The notes: a model not told the origin generated them from the sequence alone. A stretch of DNA of 64,000 nt from Alphaproteobacteria bacterium (GCA_963555825.3 CAUVXB020000002.1:1408001-1472000); one strand, 5' to 3'. Shown: positions 1-12,768, counted from the first letter of the stretch. Program-made: numbers and translations.

Positions 1-1
1 G

Positions 2-1129
2 GTGCTGGAGCGCGAGGCCGAGGCGGGTGGTGTCCCGCGCCACTGCCACCATTCTGGCTTCGGGTTCAGCCAGTTCCATTGGCCCTACTTTGGCCCGGCA
101 TATGCGCGCCGTTTGCGTCGGGACGTAAAGGGCATCGACCTTCGGACCGACACGTCGGTGCTCGCTTTGCGTCCGGGCGGCGAACTCAGCGTTGCCACAA
201 CCGACGGGCTCGAAACGATGACGGGAAGCACCGTCCTGCTCGCCACCGGCGTCCGCGAAACCCCGCGCTCGGCGCGCCTGGTTTCCGGCGAACGCCCGGC
301 CTGGGGCGTGCTCACCACTGGCGCGTTGCAACAACTTCTGCATCTGGCCCATATCCGGCCGTGCCGGCGTCCGGTCATCGTCGGCAGCGAGTGGGTTTCG
401 TTCTCCGCCCTTCTCACGCTTCGCCGGGCCGGTATCAAGCCCGTGGCCATGATCGAGGAAGCGGACCGCATCACCGCGCCCAGACCCGCAGACACTATTG
501 CAAGGCTCGCCTTTGGGGTTCCCGTGCTGACCCGCACTCGGCTTCTCGGAATTCTGGGCCGCGAGGTCGTCGAGGCGGTCGAGATCGAGCGCGACGGCCG
601 GCGTGAGCGCCTCGCCTGCGACGCCGTCGTGATGACTGGAGGCTTCGTGCCCGAGGCCGCGTTGCCGCGCGCGAGCCACCTCGAACTTGACGAGGGCAGC
701 GGCGGACCCATCATTGACCAGCATTGGCGTTGCTCCGACCCCGTGTACTTCGCCGCCGGCAACCTCTTGCGCTCGGTCGAGACGTCGGGCGTCGTGGGCC
801 GCGAGGGCGAAGCTGCCGGCCGCGCCATGGCGGCCGCGCTCGCAGGCCGCCTGATCGCGCCGGCGCGCCGGGTGCCAATCAAGGCGAGCTCGCCGCTCCA
901 GTACGTCACACCCCAAGTCGTCGCGGTCCCGGGCGATCGGCCCAACGGCCTGCTGTTCCGGACACGCGTCGATCGCCCCGCGCGCGGAATACTGCGGCTG
1001 CTATGCAACGGTGAGGAAATTTGGCACCGTAAGATCTCCGCCCTTCCAGAGCGGCGCGTCCGGCTTCCAGGGGGACTCGTCTCCCTGGACGATATCGAGA
1101 GCGTCGAGGTCCGATTGGACCCGTCGTAA
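2..1129 (+). CDS. FAD/NAD(P)-dependent oxidoreductase (pyridine nucleotide-disulfide family), 5'-partial
   Basis: Motifs LEREAEAGGVPRHCHHSGFG, LLATGVRE and YFAAGN; the ORF runs off the left edge of the window. Confidence 0.8.
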   Translation: MLEREAEAGGVPRHCHHSGFGFSQFHWPYFGPAYARRLRRDVKGIDLRTDTSVLALRPGGELSVATTDGLETMTGSTVLLATGVRETPRSARLVSGERPAWGVLTTGALQQLLHLAHIRPCRRPVIVGSEWVSFSALLTLRRAGIKPVAMIEEADRITAPRPADTIARLAFGVPVLTRTRLLGILGREVVEAVEIERDGRRERLACDAVVMTGGFVPEAALPRASHLELDEGSGGPIIDQHWRCSDPVYFAAGNLLRSVETSGVVGREGEAAGRAMAAALAGRLIAPARRVPIKASSPLQYVTPQVVAVPGDRPNGLLFRTRVDRPARGILRLLCNGEEIWHRKISALPERRVRLPGGLVSLDDIESVEVRLDPS

Positions 1130-1219
1130 AGCGCAGCGCACACTGCGAGAGTCAATCTATCCAAGCGCGATTTAGGTAACTCGTGCGCCCGCCTCTGCTG
1201 ACCGAGAGGTGGGTTTGGA

Positions 1220-1563
1220 TGGGCGCCCGCGATCGTCGTGGTCAGGCACAACAGCGAGAAGAATATCCATTCCGGGTGGTCGTCGACCTTGGCGATGGCG
1301 TTCCAGATCGGATGCAATGACGCCGAAACCAGCACCAGCGCGGCGACAGTGAATTCCAATGGACCGCCTGCGCCGTCATTGTCGATCAGCGCGCCCTCGA
1401 GCACGACGAAATCCTCGTAGCCGGTGTGCTCGTGGGGCAGCGACCAAGGCGTTCGCGCCCGAATTCCTACCCAGCATCCTTTGCGGCGATATGATCCTTT
1501 ACAAGTTGCCGGAGCACAATGCGCTTCTGGTGGACGGTTTGCGCAAGGCGAGGTTGCCGGAAT
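1220..1563. pseudogene. Mosaic of gene fragments: DMT/EamA N-terminus (-), cupin fragment (-), adenylate cyclase/TPR-type C-terminus (+)
   Basis: Minus strand reads SLPHEHTGYEDFVVLEGALIDNDG, then FTVAALVLVSASLHPIWNAIAK; plus strand reads YKLPEHNALLVDGLRKARLPE; none of the three is complete. Confidence 0.5.
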
Positions 1564-1577
1564 GTCCGCTCGGGGTC

Positions 1578-3261
1578 CAGACTGTGTAAGAACGTTTGCT
1601 GCGTGATCTGTACGGCGCGTCTTTGGCTTCGATGATCCGTCGCGGCGGGTATTCCGGGATTAAGGATTTTCGCCACTCGTGCGGACCTGTCGGCCGGCTG
1701 GCGCCGGTGTGAGCTGCGATTTGGCCGGATATGGGCGCAATTTGCGGCGCAGAGAGGCCTATGCGGTCCTCATCGCCGCGATCAGCGGGTCGATGCCCGT
1801 GATGTTCATGACGCGCTTGAGATTGTAGGCCAGCACGTGCAGGGCCATCTCGGTCCTCACCCGTTTCAGCGTCTTCGTCTGGAAATGCGTCGCGCCCATC
1901 CAGGACTTGATGGTGCCGAAGGGATGCTCGGCCGTCTCGCGCCGCCGACGCATCGCCTCCGGGTGCTCGTCGAGCCGCCTCTCGACGGCCTCGAGAACAT
2001 GCTCGTGCTGCCAGCGGGTGATGCGGCGCTGCTTGGCCGTGGTGCAGCGATGCTTGATGGCGCATCCCTGACAGGCGTTGGTCCAGTAGCGCCGCATGCT
2101 CAGCCCCCTCTCCTGGCTGGTGAAGCGGTAGACCAAACGCTCGCCGGCCGGGCAGCGATAGACATCGTCGGCGGCCAGATAGACGAAGTCCTGTTTGCCG
2201 AAGCGGCCCTTGGCCTTGGCTCCAGAGGTCAGCGGCTTAGGCAATGTGACGGTGATGCCGGCCTCATCGCAGGCCAGAATCTCCTTGCCGTTGTAGTAGC
2301 CGCGATCGGCAACGACATCCAACTCGTCGGTCTCCAGAGCCGCCTTGGTCCGCTTCGCCATGGCTGAGAGCTGGGCGCGGTCGGTGCCCTGATTGGTCAC
2401 CTCGTGGGCGACGATCAGGTGGTGCTTGGTGTCGACGGCGGCCTGAACGTTGTAGCCGACCACGCCGGAACCCCGGCCGCTCGTCGCCATCGAGCGGGCA
2501 TCGGGATCGCTCAGAGAGATCTGCTGGTCCGGGCTCGCACGCCGCTCGACTTCAAGCGCCTTCAGGCGCCGCATCTCCTCCTTGAGGATCGCGATCTTGT
2601 CGGCCAGACGAGTCGTCTTGGTCGTGCGCGCCAGCGACGGCTCTTGCCGGTCGGCGCTGTCCAACTGGTCCAGATAGCGCGCAACGCTCTCCTCGATCTG
2701 CGCCACCCGCCGCGCCATCTTGGCCCGCGTGAAGTTCCTGTCCCGGCTGTTGACCGCCTTGAACTTCGAGCCATCGATCGCCACGCTCGCCTCGGCGAAC
2801 AGCCCGAGTTGCCGGCACAGCGCGACGAACCGGGCGCAGACCTTGCGGATCGCACGGCCGTTGTCCTTGCGGAAGTCGGCGATCGTCTTGTGATCCGGCG
2901 CCAGCCGGCCGACCAGCCACATCACTTCCACATTGCGCCCGGCCTCCCTCTCGAGCCGACGGCTCGACTGAACCCGGTTGAGATAGCCGTAGATGTAGAG
3001 CTTCAACAAATCGCAAGGATGATAGGCCGGCCTGCCGGTCGCCAGCGGCTCGACCCGGTCGAACCCGAGGCCGCCAAGATCGAGCTCATCGACGAAGACG
3101 TCGATCGCCCGAACCGGGTTGTCGTCGCCGATCCAGTCTTCCAGGCGCTCCGGAAACAACGTGCCCTGGCTGCGATCGACACCCTCGACAAAACGCTTCA
3201 TCAGACCCTCCCGCCAAAGCACGAGAGAATCATAACACCATCGACGTTTTTACACAGGCTG
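1578..3261 (-). mobile_element. IS1182-family insertion sequence
   Basis: Terminal inverted repeats CAGACTGTGTAAGAACGT and (revcomp) CAGCCTGTGTAAAAACGT; flanks GGTC/GGCC; single transposase ORF. Confidence 0.9.
1759..3201 (-). CDS. IS1182-family DDE transposase
   Basis: Motifs GRPAYHP..LLKLYIYGY, PDHKTIADFRK, AIDGSK, SDPDAR, GYNVQ, ADRGY and EHPFGTIK. Confidence 0.95.
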   Translation of the reverse strand: MKRFVEGVDRSQGTLFPERLEDWIGDDNPVRAIDVFVDELDLGGLGFDRVEPLATGRPAYHPCDLLKLYIYGYLNRVQSSRRLEREAGRNVEVMWLVGRLAPDHKTIADFRKDNGRAIRKVCARFVALCRQLGLFAEASVAIDGSKFKAVNSRDRNFTRAKMARRVAQIEESVARYLDQLDSADRQEPSLARTTKTTRLADKIAILKEEMRRLKALEVERRASPDQQISLSDPDARSMATSGRGSGVVGYNVQAAVDTKHHLIVAHEVTNQGTDRAQLSAMAKRTKAALETDELDVVADRGYYNGKEILACDEAGITVTLPKPLTSGAKAKGRFGKQDFVYLAADDVYRCPAGERLVYRFTSQERGLSMRRYWTNACQGCAIKHRCTTAKQRRITRWQHEHVLEAVERRLDEHPEAMRRRRETAEHPFGTIKSWMGATHFQTKTLKRVRTEMALHVLAYNLKRVMNITGIDPLIAAMRTA

Positions 3262-3375
3262 GGCCAGCAGCAGACATACGCAGCGTAGGCGCGCGGTGTC
3301 CGCTTCGGAGCGGTACGCGGACGTCGGACGGTCGAGCGTGGCTCCCCCCGGCGCGGCGCGCTCGATTCCCCCGCT

Positions 3376-4155
3376 CTAGACCTCGATGATGCCCTCGAGA
3401 TAGGTGACCGCGCGGCCGGTGAGCAGGACGCGGTCGCCCTTGACCTCGCAGTCGAGTTCGCCGCCGCGCGCCGAGACCTGATGCGCGGTCAGGCGTTGGC
3501 GGCCGAGGCGCTTGGCCCAATACGGCGCGAGTTCGCAATGGGCCGAGCCGGTCACCGGATCCTCGGGGATGCCGAACTTAGGCGCGAAATAGCGCGAGAC
3601 GAAGTCGACCGCCTCGCCGGGCGCCGTGGCGATGACGCCCTCGTAGGGCAGCGCCGCGATGCGGCCGATATCGGGCGCGAGACCGCGGACGTCGGCCTCG
3701 CTGGCGTAGACCGCGACGCAGTTGACATTGCCGAGCACCTCGGCGGGCGCCGCGCCCATCGCGCACGCCAGCGCGTCGGACGCGCCCCACGGCTCGGGCG
3801 CGAGCGCCGGGAAGTCCATCACCAGCCGTTTGCCGTCGCGGCTGACCGTGAGGCGGCCCGACCGCGTCTCGAAGGCGACCGTGTCGCCCGGCTCGTCGAG
3901 CAGGGTGAACAGGACGTGGGCGGTGGCGAGCGTCGCGTGGCCGCACAGATCGACCTCGGCGGTCGGCGTGAACCAGCGCAGGTCGTAGTGATCGCCGGCC
4001 TCGACGAAGAAGGCGGTCTCCGACAGGTTGTTTTCGGCCGCGATCGCCTGCATTTTCGCGTCGTCGAGCCAGACCTCGAGCGGGCAGACGGCGGCCGGGT
4101 TGCCGCCGAAGACGCGGCCGGTGAAGGCGTCGACCTGGAAGAGTGGCAGCTTCAC
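3376..4155 (-). CDS. PhzF-family isomerase/epimerase
   Basis: Motifs QVDAF..GGNPAAV, NLSETAF, EVDLCGHATLA and EDPVTGSAHC. Confidence 0.93.
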   Translation of the reverse strand: MKLPLFQVDAFTGRVFGGNPAAVCPLEVWLDDAKMQAIAAENNLSETAFFVEAGDHYDLRWFTPTAEVDLCGHATLATAHVLFTLLDEPGDTVAFETRSGRLTVSRDGKRLVMDFPALAPEPWGASDALACAMGAAPAEVLGNVNCVAVYASEADVRGLAPDIGRIAALPYEGVIATAPGEAVDFVSRYFAPKFGIPEDPVTGSAHCELAPYWAKRLGRQRLTAHQVSARGGELDCEVKGDRVLLTGRAVTYLEGIIEV

Positions 4156-4168
4156 GGTGTCATACCCG

Positions 4169-4620
4169 TCAGGCGCCCGCGGGCCGGCGCGCCAGGATCT
4201 GGATCGCGATCATCGTCATCACCGCCTCGTCGGCCTGGTTCGAGATGGTGTATTTGACGCGCGCGACGCCGCGGTCGGGCTTCGAGGCCGACGGCCGCGT
4301 CTCGAGCACCTCGCATGTCGTCTTGAGCGTGTCGCCGGGGCGCACCGGCTTGAGCCAGCGCACCTCGTCCATGCCCGGCGAGCCCATCGAGCAGCCGTTG
4401 AACAGGTTGGTCTGCCACATCAGCCGGAAGCCGATCACCAGGGTCTGGAATCCGCTGGCGATCAGCCCGCCGTATTGCGACGCCTCGGCGGCCACGGCAT
4501 CCATGTGGATCGGCTGCGGGTCGTAGCGGAAGCCGAAGTCGAGGATCTCGGCTTCGCTCAGCGTCTTGCCGTCAGAGACGAAGCGCTCGCCGACGGCGAA
4601 GTCGTCGAAGTAGCGCACGG

Positions 4621-4624
<4 letters not shown>
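4169..4624 (-). CDS. MaoC-family dehydratase
   Basis: Motifs [25 protein letters not shown] and [11 protein letters not shown]; ATGA overlap with the glmM stop. Confidence 0.9.
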
Positions 4625-5967
<1,343 letters not shown>

Positions 5968-6026
5968 GGGTCGTTACGTTTCCAAACGCCAAACGCGGAC
6001 AGATTAGCGCCGCGCGTGCCAGCGCG

Positions 6027-7145
6027 CTAGTCCGTGATCGCGCGCCAGACGGCGAGCGCCTGGACGGTTTCGGCGACGTCGTGGACGCGGACGATCTGGA
6101 CGCCCCGGTCGAGGCCGGCTAGTGCGGCCGCCAAGCTGCCCGGCAGCCGTTCCTTGGGCGCGGCCTCGCCGGCGATAAGCGTGATGAAGCTCTTGCGCGA
6201 GACGCCGAGCAGCAACGCGCAGCCGAGCCCGTGGAAGATACCGATGTCGCGCAGGATGGCCAAGTTGTGGTCGAGCGTCTTGCCGAAGCCGATGCCCGGA
6301 TCGACGGCGATGCGCTGGCGTGGAATGCCGGCCGCCTCGCAGGCCGCGATACGCGCCTCGAGGGTGTCGTAGACGTCGAGCGGCGCGTCGACATAGACCG
6401 GGTCCCGCTGCATGGTCTTGGGCTCGCCCAGCATGTGCATCAGCACGACCGGCGCGCCGGCCGCGGCGACCACGGCAGGGCTGTCCGGGTCAGCGCTCAA
6501 CGCGCTGACGTCGTTGACGACGGCCGCCCCCGCCGCCAGCGCGGCGCGCATGACCGCCGCCCGGCGGCTGTCGATCGAGACCGTCGCGCCTGCCGCGGCG
6601 AGCGCCTCTATGACCGGCAGGACACGGGCGCGTTCGGCGTCGGGCGACACCGGGTCCGAGCCGGGCCGCGTCGATTCGCCGCCGACGTCGAGGATATCGG
6701 CGCCGGCGGCGCACATGGCGTGGCCCGCGGCGATTGCCGTCCCGGCATCGGCGAAGTCGCCGCCGTCCGAGAAGCTGTCGGGCGTGACATTGATGACGCC
6801 CATGACGCGCGGGGTATCGAGCGCCAGCCCGGCGAACGGTGCGCGCGGCGCGCCGATCCGCTCCAGCAAGCCGGTGACCCGCGCCGCTGGCGGCCCGGCG
6901 AGCGTTGCCGCCCAGTCGGTGACGTCGGCGAGCGGCGCGAGACAGGCGCAAACAGCCTCGCCGTCGCGCAGCAGCACCTCGCAGGCGCTGAAGGCGAGGC
7001 GCCCGCCGGCCAGCCGGCGGGCGCTGCCGGCCTCGACGGCCGCGCGCGCCGCCGGGCCCGAGAGGACGCCCGCCGGGCGCAGGTAGACTGTCGCTTCATG
7101 CGAGAAGCCCCGCGGCAGGGCGGGGCTTCTGGTTCGTGACGCCAT
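6027..7145 (-). CDS. folP: Dihydropteroate synthase with N-terminal extension
   Basis: Motifs MGVINVTPDSFSDGG, GGESTRPG, DPGIGFGK, GVSRKS and RVHDV; ftsH-folP-glmM synteny. Confidence 0.95.
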   Translation of the reverse strand: MASRTRSPALPRGFSHEATVYLRPAGVLSGPAARAAVEAGSARRLAGGRLAFSACEVLLRDGEAVCACLAPLADVTDWAATLAGPPAARVTGLLERIGAPRAPFAGLALDTPRVMGVINVTPDSFSDGGDFADAGTAIAAGHAMCAAGADILDVGGESTRPGSDPVSPDAERARVLPVIEALAAAGATVSIDSRRAAVMRAALAAGAAVVNDVSALSADPDSPAVVAAAGAPVVLMHMLGEPKTMQRDPVYVDAPLDVYDTLEARIAACEAAGIPRQRIAVDPGIGFGKTLDHNLAILRDIGIFHGLGCALLLGVSRKSFITLIAGEAAPKERLPGSLAAALAGLDRGVQIVRVHDVAETVQALAVWRAITD

Positions 7146-7161
7146 GACGGGGACGCGTAGC

Positions 7162-9084
<1,923 letters not shown>

Positions 9085-9181
9085 GTTCGATTACCCTTCC
9101 CTGACCGGCGCGGCCACCACTGGAGCCGCCTTGGTCCTAGCGCGCAATTTACCGTTCCCGACGCACCGACGGCCGGCCATT

Positions 9182-10558
9182 CTAGCCCCGCGGCGCGACG
9201 AACGCAAAGCCATGCGGACCCAATGCGTGCGCGGGCCTGAACGCGGATTCGAAAAGCGGCGCGCCGCCATCCGGCGATGCAGTACGCATGAATCCCAAAT
9301 GGGGAACCGCGAGGAGACCGTCAAGATCGTAAATCGCCGGCAAGCCCGGACGCACCGCGGCGGGAATCGCGGTCTTGCGCAACGCCGGGTGCCGCGCGAC
9401 GGCCGCGCGCCACCCGTCGTGCCCGAGCTTGCGCACCATGAACCGTCCCGGCGCCCGCCCCGGCGCCGCCGTCGCGCGCAGCGTGAACCGGCCGTCCCAG
9501 CGCACCGAACCACCGGCCTCGAGCACGGATTCTTCGGCCGCGGCGGCCGGTTCCCGGCAAATAAGAACACCGTCTCGGCGCGGCAGGATACGGCAGCCGC
9601 CGAGCGTTCGTCCCCGACGGAGAGATCCCTCCGCGAGCGCGCCATGCAGGCGCTCGAGGCGGTCGCTGCGTGGCGCGTATTCGCCGCCACCAACGCATTG
9701 CACGATACGTGCAAGGGCGCGCCGCGCAATTTCGGCCGGTGCGCCGGCATAACGAACTGGGTCGAGGCGGCAGAACCCGGCCGGGTGCGGCGCGACAGCG
9801 TCGGCCAGCAAGGCGGCGACGGCGGTGTCCACGACGCCTCGCGCACGACCCAGCGCCGCGGCCATCCGCGACAGGCGTTCGGCCGTCACCCCCTCGTCGG
9901 CAAGCACCGGCATGAGTGCGCGCAAGCGACCGCGCGCGAAAACGATATCGCGATTCGACGGGTCCTCCACCCAGGGCTGGCCAGACGCCTCGAGCGTCGC
10001 GTAGAGGCGCGCCTTGGGCGTCGCCAGCAAGGGCCGCAGGTAACGCGCATCGGGCGTCTCGACGACCGCCGCCATCGCCGCCAAGCCATCGGGGCCACTG
10101 TGCCGCTCGAGCCGCAGCAGCACGGTCTCGGCCTGGTCGTCGCGATGATGGGCCAGCAACAGATGCAGCACGCCGGCGCCGCGGCACCATTCGCCGAGCA
10201 GCCGGTAGCGCGCCGCGCGCGCGCGCGCCTGAATGTCGGTGGTCGGCTTCGGCCCAGACCAGGTCAGGACGACCGCCACGACATCGCGCGCCGCGAGCCA
10301 GGCCGCGACCCGGGCCGCCTCTTCGCGCGAGTCCGCGCGCAGCCCGTGATCGACGACCAGCGCCGTCAACCGCCCGGCGCGACACCGAACCCAGCCGTCG
10401 ACGAGCAGGGCAAGCGCCATGCTGTCGGCGCCGCCGGAGACGGCGACAGCGATTTCGGGGGGCCGCTCGAACGGGCCGAGCGGCGTCATCATGCGATCGA
10501 ATTCAACCGTGGCGATCGGCGCGGTGATCGGCAGGTCCTCGGTCCCGCCATGAGACAT
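9182..10558 (-). CDS. tilS: tRNA(Ile)-lysidine synthetase
   Basis: Motifs AVSGGADS, DHGLR, HHRDDQAET, RPLL and EDPSN; lies upstream of ftsH. Confidence 0.95.
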   Translation of the reverse strand: MSHGGTEDLPITAPIATVEFDRMMTPLGPFERPPEIAVAVSGGADSMALALLVDGWVRCRAGRLTALVVDHGLRADSREEAARVAAWLAARDVVAVVLTWSGPKPTTDIQARARAARYRLLGEWCRGAGVLHLLLAHHRDDQAETVLLRLERHSGPDGLAAMAAVVETPDARYLRPLLATPKARLYATLEASGQPWVEDPSNRDIVFARGRLRALMPVLADEGVTAERLSRMAAALGRARGVVDTAVAALLADAVAPHPAGFCRLDPVRYAGAPAEIARRALARIVQCVGGGEYAPRSDRLERLHGALAEGSLRRGRTLGGCRILPRRDGVLICREPAAAAEESVLEAGGSVRWDGRFTLRATAAPGRAPGRFMVRKLGHDGWRAAVARHPALRKTAIPAAVRPGLPAIYDLDGLLAVPHLGFMRTASPDGGAPLFESAFRPAHALGPHGFAFVAPRG

Positions 10559-10563
10559 GCTTT

Positions 10564-10835
10564 TAGCCCGGATTTCTCACCATGGACAGGCGCGTCATCG
10601 CGTCGGGCGGTCGCCGATCCGCCAGGAGAAGGCCGCAGAGCGTAGCCTGGGCTACGGTCAAGGTCTTCGACGCCGCGGGCGGCCCGCCCGGCGCGACCCG
10701 CAGGGCGGCGGATCTCAGACGACAGGCCGCGTCAAGGCGCTTGCCCGATGCGCAAGCATCGCGCCGCGCGCCTTTCCTAGCCTGTCGTGCGATATCCGCC
10801 GTGCCGCATCTGTCCATGGTGAGAAGGCCGGGCTA
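10564..10835. mobile_element. MITE-like non-autonomous structured element with TA target duplication
   Basis: Ends TAGCCCGGATTTCTCACCATGGACAG and (revcomp) TAGCCCGGCCTTCTCACCATGGACAG match at 24/26; TA on both sides; internal inverted modules; no credible ORF. Confidence 0.8.
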
Positions 10836-11900
10836 GCCGCAGCCCGAGCGTTGCGCTTCCCGCGCCACCTTCTGCTTGAGCTGCGCCGAAGCGCCGGCGT
10901 ACAGCTCGCCGAACTTCTCGAAGGCGATGCAGGCCTCTTCGGTGCGCCCCGAACCAAAGAGCGACATGCCGAGCTTGAGCATGATGTCGGGCGCCTTGTT
11001 GCCGTCGGGGAAGCGCTGCAGGCCAAGCGCGAAGTGGTGCGACGCCGAGGCGTAGTCCTTGACCACGTAATAGGTCTCGCCCAGCCAGTAGTATGCGTTG
11101 TCCGTCAACTCGTGGTCGGGATGGCTCTCGATGAAGGCGTCGAACGCGCGCCGCGCCTCGTCGAATTCGCCCTGCTGTTGCACCGCCTGTTTCAGCACGT
11201 CGTAGGCGTAGTCGTACTGCTGCTTGGGCGTACCGGCGGGCAGCGCCGGTGCCAGCGCGACCATCTCGGTCGGCTCGGCCGCGGCGACCGCACCATCCGT
11301 CGTTACCGCCAGCAGCGCCGAGGCCGGAATAGTGCCGAGCACGCCAGGCTCGTCGGAGACCTGTGGGACGAGGGCCGGCTGCGTCGTTGCCGTCGTCGCT
11401 GGAACGGTCGCCGCCGTCGCCGGGATGGCCGCCGCCGGCGCGGTGAGCGCCGCGGCCGGCGCCATGCCGGTTGCCTGCCCCCGCTCGATCGCGGTCAGCC
11501 GAAAATCGACGTCGGCGACCAGCTTGTCGATCCGTTGGCCGAGCAGATCGATGCCGTGAGCGACCTCTTCGATACGCCCGGTCAGCGTGCGCATCTCGTC
11601 CTCGACCTGGCTGAAGCGGACTTCGAGCTGCGCCGTCCGGGCATCGCCGCCGCCGACCGTTGGCGCCGTCGTCGTCGGCTGAAGCGACGGTGGCGGCACC
11701 TCGCCGCCCTTGTACACGAACCTCTGAAGGTCGCTCATGTCGTTGCGCAGGCGCTCGAGTTCGAGGAGCAACTGCTGAATATTGGAGTCTTGCGCGGCGA
11801 CCGGCGCCGGGACGCCGCCGACCATCAGCACGATCAGCGCCATGACCGCCAATGCGCGAAGAATCGGTGCGTGGTGAATCGGTGCCGAACGAACGGGCAT
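10833..11900 (-). CDS. cpoB: Tol-Pal-associated TPR protein CpoB/YbgF
   Basis: Signal peptide, coiled coil, TPR segment NAYYWLGETYY...KAPDIMLKLG; follows pal; start codon uncertain. Confidence 0.9.
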   Translation of the reverse strand: MPVRSAPIHHAPILRALAVMALIVLMVGGVPAPVAAQDSNIQQLLLELERLRNDMSDLQRFVYKGGEVPPPSLQPTTTAPTVGGGDARTAQLEVRFSQVEDEMRTLTGRIEEVAHGIDLLGQRIDKLVADVDFRLTAIERGQATGMAPAAALTAPAAAIPATAATVPATTATTQPALVPQVSDEPGVLGTIPASALLAVTTDGAVAAAEPTEMVALAPALPAGTPKQQYDYAYDVLKQAVQQQGEFDEARRAFDAFIESHPDHELTDNAYYWLGETYYVVKDYASASHHFALGLQRFPDGNKAPDIMLKLGMSLFGSGRTEEACIAFEKFGELYAGASAQLKQKVAREAQRSGCG

Positions 11901-12063
11901 ATGTCGGTTCTCCCCGCCGGTCATACCGCATCGGCGGCAGGGGGCCGGCGCTGCACTCGGCCGACGACGACCGCGCCACCCCCCGTGGCGGACGCGCCGG
12001 CCAAGCCGTTTACCCCATCTATAGTGGGCGCGCCGCCATTGCGCGCCGGGTCCGGTCGAGCCG

Positions 12064-12618
12064 TCAGGCGCCGCCGCTCGACGTGACGAGCGTGACGCCG
12101 CGCCGGTTCTGCGACCAGGCGGCCTCGCTATGGCCGACCGCATCGGGCCGTTCCTTGCCGTAGCTGATCGTCTCGATACGGTTCGGGTCGACGCCGAGCT
12201 GGACGAGGTAGTTCTTCGCCGACGTCGCGCGCCGATCGCCAAGCGCGAGGTTGTATTCGCGCGTGCCGCGTTCGTCGCAATGGCCCTCGATCATGATCGT
12301 CGCGCTGGGCCACTGGCTCAGCCACGCCGCCTGGCGCTCAAGCGTCCGTTGGGCCGAGGCGTTCAAAACCGCCTTGTCGAGATCGAAGAAGACGCGATCG
12401 CCGACGTTGACGACGAGGTCATCCTGGGTACCAGGCGTCGGCCCCATGGGCTCGGCCGGCATCGGCTCGGGCACCGCCTCCTGGGTCATCTCGCCACCAC
12501 CCGTCGAGCTTGCGGTCGTATCGCCACCGCCGCTGGTGTCACTCGATTGATCCGGCGTCGTCTCGCACGCGGCGACCAATAGCAGCGCCGCGAAAAGACC
12601 AACGAACTTATTCCACAT
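12064..12618 (-). CDS. pal: Peptidoglycan-associated lipoprotein
   Basis: Lipobox VAAC; motifs EGHCDERGTREYNLALGDRRA and SYGKERP. Confidence 0.97.
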   Translation of the reverse strand: MWNKFVGLFAALLLVAACETTPDQSSDTSGGGDTTASSTGGGEMTQEAVPEPMPAEPMGPTPGTQDDLVVNVGDRVFFDLDKAVLNASAQRTLERQAAWLSQWPSATIMIEGHCDERGTREYNLALGDRRATSAKNYLVQLGVDPNRIETISYGKERPDAVGHSEAAWSQNRRGVTLVTSSGGA

Positions 12619-12768
12619 ATAAAAACTCTCCTCTGCCGGGATTAATTCTTCGATCTGCGTCTGCTACACCTTGGAGTGACAGTCGAACCCACGCAAGTTG
12701 ACGAGAATCGACTCCTGAAACCGTTGAAATCGGCCGAAAAACCGCCACTGGACTATACTGTGCGCCAT

